From: an uncultured bacterium
GTDB taxonomy: Bacteria > Margulisbacteria > WOR-1 > CAVSGV01
Length of the DNA: 32,000 nt
Direction of reading: 5' to 3'
Assembly (NCBI GenBank): GCA_963699255.1
Contig: OY969425.1
Coordinates: forward strand, 510,001-542,000
Within the stretch, counting starts at the first letter, position 1; each line of letters opens with the position of its first letter. The position numbers and the translations under genes were made by a program. The notes beneath the pieces were generated by a model that ran no database searches, had not been told where the DNA came from, and saw only the letters and a program-made list of their open reading frames with translations. Shown piece after piece: positions 26,993 to 32,000 of the stretch.

Positions 26993-27209
26993 TTATATCA
27001 AGGACAGTATTAATGATACCAGCATAAAAACCCCGGCGCAAGCATAAGTTATTTTGTCTAGCCCTTCCTCAAGGCCTTTTTGTGTGCCGAAGATACCTGG
27101 CCTGACCGCCGATCCCTCCGAGGCCTTCACCCTTTGCCGAATGCAGAAGTATCGCCGCAATAAGTAATATCGCCGAGATCACCTGGATAAAAAGTAAAAA
27201 GCCTTTCAC
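26993..27209 (-). CDS. secG: SecG-like preprotein translocase subunit, absent from the ORF track, with an apparent single-base frameshift
   Basis: GTG start at 27209: MKGFLLFIQVISAILLIAAILLHSAKGEGLGGIGGQARYLRHTK, then in the +1 frame GLEEGLDKITYACAGVFMLVSLILSLI*. Span 217 nt = 72x3+1; A5 homopolymer at 27077-27081. Confidence 0.75.
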
Positions 27210-27218
27210 TGGGCAGAA

Positions 27219-27246
27219 AGTTTATCACAGCACTTCGGCTTGTCAA
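27219..27246 (-). promoter_or_regulatory. Candidate promoter of secG
   Basis: Minus strand TTGACA (27241-27246), 16-nt spacer, TAAACT (27219-27224) with upstream TG; 9 nt between the -10 and the GTG. Confidence 0.5.
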
Positions 27247-27313
27247 GCATAAAAAAGAGAGGTGAGATGTGAGATGCTAAATAGGCATTCATTAGAATGT
27301 CATTTTCCATAGA

Positions 27314-27364
27314 GCAGAGCTTGCCCGCAGAGATGCTCCGCATTCTTGCGGGGCTTGCCTCTGC
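27314..27364. repeat. Long interrupted intergenic hairpin
   Basis: GCAGAG..CCCGCA-GAG-ATGC-TCC-GCAT-TCT-TGCGGG..CTCTGC just downstream of the pseudopilin gene. Confidence 0.6.
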
Positions 27365-27371
27365 GAACCGA

Positions 27372-27806
27372 TCAATCATATCCGTTCGTTTCGAATATCG
27401 GGCTCCCTTTGATCAATACCCTGCCGTCATTCCCGACGGTCGCTCTCCCGTTCTGTTTCGGACCGACCGAATAGACGACATAGCTCTCCTTGTTAGCCGA
27501 GATCTCATAGGGGTACATGCTGCACATTGTCTTCCCGAAAGGATCAAAAAGATCGCAAAAGATCACGGTTGGCTTTGCGTACGACAGGATCCTTTGATAA
27601 TCCCCTTTTCTTGGGCAGATCTTATTCTCCTGCTGGTATGAATCAAGGGCGAACTTCAGCGTTTTCAGGTCTCCTTTTGCCCTGGCGATCTTTGCCTCCG
27701 TCTGCATGCCTATCACCTTCGCAGCCGCCATCAAATAAATGATGGCTATGACAGCTATAACTATAAGCACTTCTATTAGTGTCATTCCTTTGCTTGTCTT
27801 TCTCAT
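27372..27806 (-). CDS. Type II secretion/type IV pilin-like pseudopilin (GspG-like)
   Basis: Prepilin motif KG|[24 protein letters not shown], then [19 protein letters not shown] and an acidic/Gly C-terminal region. Confidence 0.8.
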   Translation of the reverse strand: MRKTSKGMTLIEVLIVIAVIAIIYLMAAAKVIGMQTEAKIARAKGDLKTLKFALDSYQQENKICPRKGDYQRILSYAKPTVIFCDLFDPFGKTMCSMYPYEISANKESYVVYSVGPKQNGRATVGNDGRVLIKGSPIFETNGYD

Positions 27807-29323
27807 ATTATTAATGACCTCCCTGTCATTTCAGTCGGTTGTTTTATCCCGAGCATTTCCAGCATTGTCGGAGCTATATCGGCCAGGATCCCGTCGCCCC
27901 GGAGTTTGATGTTCTTCTTATCGGATATCAGCACGAACGGCACCCTGTCGCAGGTGTGCGCGGTATGGGGGCCGTGAGTTACCGGATCGTACATCTGCTC
28001 GGCGTTCCCGTGGTCAGCCGTAATGAGCGTTGCCCCTCCCAGCTTTCTGACCAGGTCCACCACCCTGCCGACAGATATATTCACCGCGGTAACCGCGGCG
28101 ATCGCGGCATTCAGGATCCCGGTATGTCCCACCATGTCGCAGTTCGCGTAATTCATTATCACGACATCATATTTTCCGCTTTCTATTTCTTTCAGCACTC
28201 TGTCCGTCACTTCGTACGCGCTCATTTCCGGTTTCAGGTCATAAGTAGCAACTTTTGGGGACGGGATCAGGACCCTATCCTCATTCGGATAAGGTTTTTC
28301 CACTCCCCCGTTGAAAAAGAAGGTAACGTGAGCATATTTTTCCGTTTCCGCGATGCGCAGCTGTTTTAATCCGTTCCTGCTCAGGACCTCAGATAAAATA
28401 CTTTTTAATTCCTGCGGAGCATATGCAACAGGCGCGTCAATAGTTACATCATATTGGGTCAGGCACACAAAATGGACCTTTGGATGCGTTTTTCTTTTAA
28501 AACCCTTGAAGTCCTTATCCGTAAAACATCGGGTTATTTCCCTGGCTCTGTCGCCCCTGAAATTGAAGAAGATCAACGAATCATTGTCGGATATTCTCGG
28601 GCTTCCTTTAATTATTATCGGTTTAATGAATTCATCGGTCTCTTTGCGGTCATAAGCATTCTGCATCGCGTTTACGGCATCGTTTTCTTCGATCCCGATG
28701 CCGCTTGTCAGAGAATCATAAGCTTTTTCCACTCTCTCCCATCTGTTATCCCTGTCCATTGCGTAATAACGTCCGATTATCGTCGCGATCTTTCCAACCC
28801 CGCGAGCTCCTATCTCTTTCTGCAGCTCCTCGATATATCTTTTCCCGCTTTCAGGCGGCGTGTCCCTGCCATCCATGAAGCAGTGGACATAAACATTATC
28901 GATATTATTACGTTTTGCCAGGTCAAGAAGGGCGTAAAGATGCTTGTTGTCGCTGTGTACCCCTCCGTCGGAGACAAGTCCCATTATGTGGAGGTTCGAC
29001 CTGTTCTTTTTTACATTATTGACGGCGCCGAGCAGGACCTTGTTGGAGAAAAAATCGCCGTCCTTTATCGACTTGGTTATCCTTGTGAGTTCCTGGTAAA
29101 CGACCCTTCCCGCGCCGATGTTAAGGTGCCCAACTTCCGAATTCCCCATCTGCCCTTCCGGCAGCCCGACGGATCCCCCGGAGCATCCAAGTGATGTCGA
29201 TGGATATTGCTTGGAAAGATTATTGACTATCTGGCTTTTTGAAAGTTTTATTGCGTTTGCGTCCGCGCTGTCACGCTCTCCCCAGCCGTCCATTATGATC
29301 AACACTAAAGGCTTGACTTCCAT
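27803..29323 (-). CDS. gpmI: 2,3-bisphosphoglycerate-independent phosphoglycerate mutase
   Basis: [74 protein letters not shown]. Confidence 0.95.
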   Translation of the reverse strand: MEVKPLVLIIMDGWGERDSADANAIKLSKSQIVNNLSKQYPSTSLGCSGGSVGLPEGQMGNSEVGHLNIGAGRVVYQELTRITKSIKDGDFFSNKVLLGAVNNVKKNRSNLHIMGLVSDGGVHSDNKHLYALLDLAKRNNIDNVYVHCFMDGRDTPPESGKRYIEELQKEIGARGVGKIATIIGRYYAMDRDNRWERVEKAYDSLTSGIGIEENDAVNAMQNAYDRKETDEFIKPIIIKGSPRISDNDSLIFFNFRGDRAREITRCFTDKDFKGFKRKTHPKVHFVCLTQYDVTIDAPVAYAPQELKSILSEVLSRNGLKQLRIAETEKYAHVTFFFNGGVEKPYPNEDRVLIPSPKVATYDLKPEMSAYEVTDRVLKEIESGKYDVVIMNYANCDMVGHTGILNAAIAAVTAVNISVGRVVDLVRKLGGATLITADHGNAEQMYDPVTHGPHTAHTCDRVPFVLISDKKNIKLRGDGILADIAPTMLEMLGIKQPTEMTGRSLII

Positions 29324-29380
29324 TTGTTAAATGATAATAGGAAATGGAAAAATAGTAAAGTGATTAATTCGGGAGGAGGA

Positions 29381-30445
29381 TCAGATCGAGAGGCTGTATC
29401 CTTCCAGGCTTTTATTTGTTGCTATCCTGCTTATGATCTCGGCTATCAAAGGCGAGCAATCCAATATCTTAAGTTTTGGGAATATTGAACATTCAGGGAT
29501 ATTAAGCGTATTGGCCACGATCACCTTTTCGATAGGACTTTTCTGAAGTTTTTCCGGCGCATCGCCGCTAAGATATGGATGCACTCCCGCCGCGAATATA
29601 TAAGCAGGGCTGTATTTTGCCACTTCCATGGCTGTGCTTACCATTGTCCCTCCGCCATCGATCATGTCATCCACCATGACCACATATTTACGCCGAAGGG
29701 TGACTTTGGCCGGCAGATTCACCAGGTTTGCCCCAATATATTTCTTCCTGTAAATTTCCCTCTCGCAAATGGACACCATACTATTATCGCCGCTCCCTAT
29801 CTTTTCAGCCGGAAGATAGTGAAGAAGGTACTCTTCGGGCCCATATATCGCCTTTGCCCATGACCTGACCCATTTTATGCGCCCGCTGTCAGTAGCCACA
29901 AAGATCAGGTCATCAAGCGGCAAATTCTTTTTTATGTAATTCACGAAAAGTCCCTTGGTCGTTAAGGCCGCCGGGGCTGTGATCCCGACCGCTCTCATAA
30001 TGGCTTCAGCGCCGACAGTGTGCGGATCAAAAGTGATCAGCGACCGCAGTTTCCCTCCGGCCGCCTGATAAAGTTCCTGTAAAGCCAGGACAGCGGTTAT
30101 AGGTACACGGGGTTCGTCTTTTCTATCCTGCCTCAAGTACGGCATCGCTAACATCAGCAGATCTATGTCCCCGCAGGAAGCCAGGGACAATGTTTGAAGA
30201 AGAATTTTGGTCTCCATAAGATCATCATTGATGCGGCCGGTATTGGCAGTAGCCAGAACAAAAGCATGTTTATTCCTGACGCTTTCCAGGATCTTAGTAT
30301 GGGTCTCTCCAACTTTGAAGTTTGTGACCTTTACAGGGGTCAACCGAAGCCCACTTAGACCAGCAACCTTATCTGCCAGAACCGGATGGGTGCTTCCGGT
30401 CAAGAAACAGTGCCTTTTACATTCAGTTGCCGATATTGTTGTCAT
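29381..30445 (-). CDS. Divergent ribose-phosphate pyrophosphokinase-like protein
   Basis: PYLRQDRKDEPRVPITAVLALQELYQAAGG, LITFDPHT, VVMVDDMIDGGGTM PRPP-loop-like motif; Prs-like two-domain layout. Confidence 0.7.
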   Translation of the reverse strand: MTTISATECKRHCFLTGSTHPVLADKVAGLSGLRLTPVKVTNFKVGETHTKILESVRNKHAFVLATANTGRINDDLMETKILLQTLSLASCGDIDLLMLAMPYLRQDRKDEPRVPITAVLALQELYQAAGGKLRSLITFDPHTVGAEAIMRAVGITAPAALTTKGLFVNYIKKNLPLDDLIFVATDSGRIKWVRSWAKAIYGPEEYLLHYLPAEKIGSGDNSMVSICEREIYRKKYIGANLVNLPAKVTLRRKYVVMVDDMIDGGGTMVSTAMEVAKYSPAYIFAAGVHPYLSGDAPEKLQKSPIEKVIVANTLNIPECSIFPKLKILDCSPLIAEIISRIATNKSLEGYSLSI

Positions 30446-30509
30446 ATAAGATCACCTAAGCGCTTTATGCAAACACATTGAGCAGAATACAAAAAAGCAA
30501 AACCTGATA

Positions 30510-31049
30510 TTATTTTATGTCCTCAACTAAACGGAACGCATAGCCGTAAATACCGTTGGAACGGCTGTCAGGTAGATCCAAATAATGATCAAAGTGCACT
30601 CCATCCTGAGAAAAAAGAAGATCATTCGCATACATTGATCTTGAAGTCTCGGTCCATTCCCGATGTCCGTGACTTCCTGTGAATTGGTACGCCTTCGCCA
30701 GCTCATCTACGGTCGCGATCCTGAATTTTCTGCCGGTTTTTCCGTTGAGCCACCTAGCGAATGCCCTGGCATCATTCAAACTGAACGGCGTTGTAACTCT
30801 GGCACACATCGGATTGTTAAGCGCTGACAAAAGCAGATCCGCCTTGTTCCCTGTGATCTCATATCTTGATCTCAGGTTCTGGCTCTGTAAGAACTGCTTG
30901 AACAGGCCGACAGACACGGTATTATGCATTATTTTATATTTCTCACCCGTGACAGTTACAAGATTCAATTGTTCCGACACTATTTTCTTCGACAACACCC
31001 ATGTTCGGCCAACGGGAGCATAACCAACACGCATTTTCATATCAACCAT
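30510..31049 (-). CDS. Small SUMF1/formylglycine-generating-enzyme-like domain protein, probably non-catalytic
   Basis: FSLNDARAFARWLNGKTGRKFRIATVDELAKA, REWTETS, YGYAFRLVED resemble FGE-sulfatase motifs; no paired Cys active site. Confidence 0.55.
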   Translation of the reverse strand: MVDMKMRVGYAPVGRTWVLSKKIVSEQLNLVTVTGEKYKIMHNTVSVGLFKQFLQSQNLRSRYEITGNKADLLLSALNNPMCARVTTPFSLNDARAFARWLNGKTGRKFRIATVDELAKAYQFTGSHGHREWTETSRSMYANDLLFSQDGVHFDHYLDLPDSRSNGIYGYAFRLVEDIK

Positions 31050-31171
31050 ATTAATTTCCTCCTTATAATTTATATAACATTTACCATTATGTATCGGCAG
31101 TATTGCCCGAAAATTTCAGTTTATATGATAGATTTTTAGGGAATTTAATGAGGGGAAATTCAGCGCGTTTG

Positions 31172-32000
31172 CTATTTATGTTTATGGTGTTCCTGGCGGA
31201 CGTAGCCCCAGTCCGCCGCGACCCTTTCGAAATTCTCTATATAATCGGGGTCTTTCGCTTTCTCAGGAGTGACTATTTCGACAAACTTATAATTGATGGA
31301 ATATCCCATTTCATTGAAACCGCGCAACACTTTCAAGTACTCTTCGTTCTCGGACATCTCCACCGTGAAGGATTTAAAGAAGTAACCGGTTATTACAAAA
31401 CCTTCCTTATCAAGCCCCATTATCAACGCCATGTATTTCTGATCATGGGCTTGTTCAATGCTGAGGCAATAAACCAGACTTCCGTCCACATCTATGTGCG
31501 CCTTGTGCAAGGTCACCAATGTGTCAAGAAACCCAGGATCGGAAGCTTTTTCGATCGACAGGGCATCAGCAATGTCGCCGCTTACCAGTATCTTGGCCTT
31601 TTTCAGGTCTTTCAGCGCGCTGATGAATTGCATGTTGTCAGCCTTCTCTTTGGAGAGGAGTCGTACGAATAAGCCGTCGATATGGATATGGGAGCCATGC
31701 AGATCTTTTAACGCTGAAATATACTGTGGATCCAAAGCCTTATCGATATCAAGCGCGGCCACAAGTCGGCCGCCCACATCGATATGCCCCTTATGCAGCG
31801 ATTGCAAGGCATCAATGTACTGCACGTTGGTAGCTTTTTCCGTCGAAAGAGCGTTCACAAGTTCCCCATTGACCGTGATCTTTGCTTTTCTGAGGTTTAT
31901 CAAAGCTTCAACATATCCCGGATGTTCCAGTTTTGCAGGGTCAAGCGCTTTTATCAATCCCGAGTCTATCTTTATGCCGGCCCTGCGGAGGTAGCGCAGG
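31172..32000 (-). CDS. 32-aa tandem-repeat protein, gene truncated by the window edge
   Basis: At least six successive 32-residue units of form xEKAxDPxYIxALxxLHKAHIxVxGxLVxALS; the frame stays open to 32000 (..LRYLRRAGIKIDSGLIKALDPAKLEHPGYVEAL), and the track start at 31957 is an internal TTG. Confidence 0.75.
   Translation of the reverse strand, partial: LRYLRRAGIKIDSGLIKALDPAKLEHPGYVEALINLRKAKITVNGELVNALSTEKATNVQYIDALQSLHKGHIDVGGRLVAALDIDKALDPQYISALKDLHGSHIHIDGLFVRLLSKEKADNMQFISALKDLKKAKILVSGDIADALSIEKASDPGFLDTLVTLHKAHIDVDGSLVYCLSIEQAHDQKYMALIMGLDKEGFVITGYFFKSFTVEMSENEEYLKVLRGFNEMGYSINYKFVEIVTPEKAKDPDYIENFERVAADWGYVRQEHHKHK

Noticed and set aside
30510-31049. Possible diversity-generating retroelement target, given the FGE/C-type-lectin-like fold
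   Set aside because: No reverse transcriptase, template repeat or adenine-biased variable repeat seen nearby in the window.

Overview
All supportable protein genes in this 32 kb window lie on the minus strand. The genome is a Gram-negative (diderm) bacterium whose taxonomy I cannot fix from sequence alone. From about 23.4 kb down to 0.53 kb there is a nearly gapless run: mraY-murD-ftsW-murG-murC-murB, split transketolase (N then C subunit), dCMP deaminase, prephenate dehydratase, a PorV-like outer-membrane protein with C-terminal SLH domains, argS, ilvE, acpS, bifunctional nnr, mlaE-mlaF-mlaD, an lptD-like gene, a small OMP, an anchored DJ-1/PfpI-like protein and a GH26-like lipoprotein. Upstream of it are a paralog of the small OMP, two tandem beta-barrel paralogs with strikingly conserved UTRs, a frameshift-split TM-helix (MscS-associated type) gene, a secG missing from the ORF track and apparently frameshifted, a lone GspG-like pseudopilin, gpmI, a divergent PRPP-synthetase-like protein, a small FGE/SUMF1-like protein without the catalytic Cys motif, and the 3' part of a gene with 32-aa tandem repeats that runs off the right edge. 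I see no CRISPR array, transposase, phage, defence system, rRNA or tRNA. The best second-look items are the 32-aa repeat protein, the in-frame 24-bp repeat insertion in nnr, the 100%-identical 3' block and GNRA-type 5' UTR hairpins of the tandem OMP genes, the near-leaderless promoters of mraY and secG, and the DJ-1-like protein with Asp at the nucleophile position.
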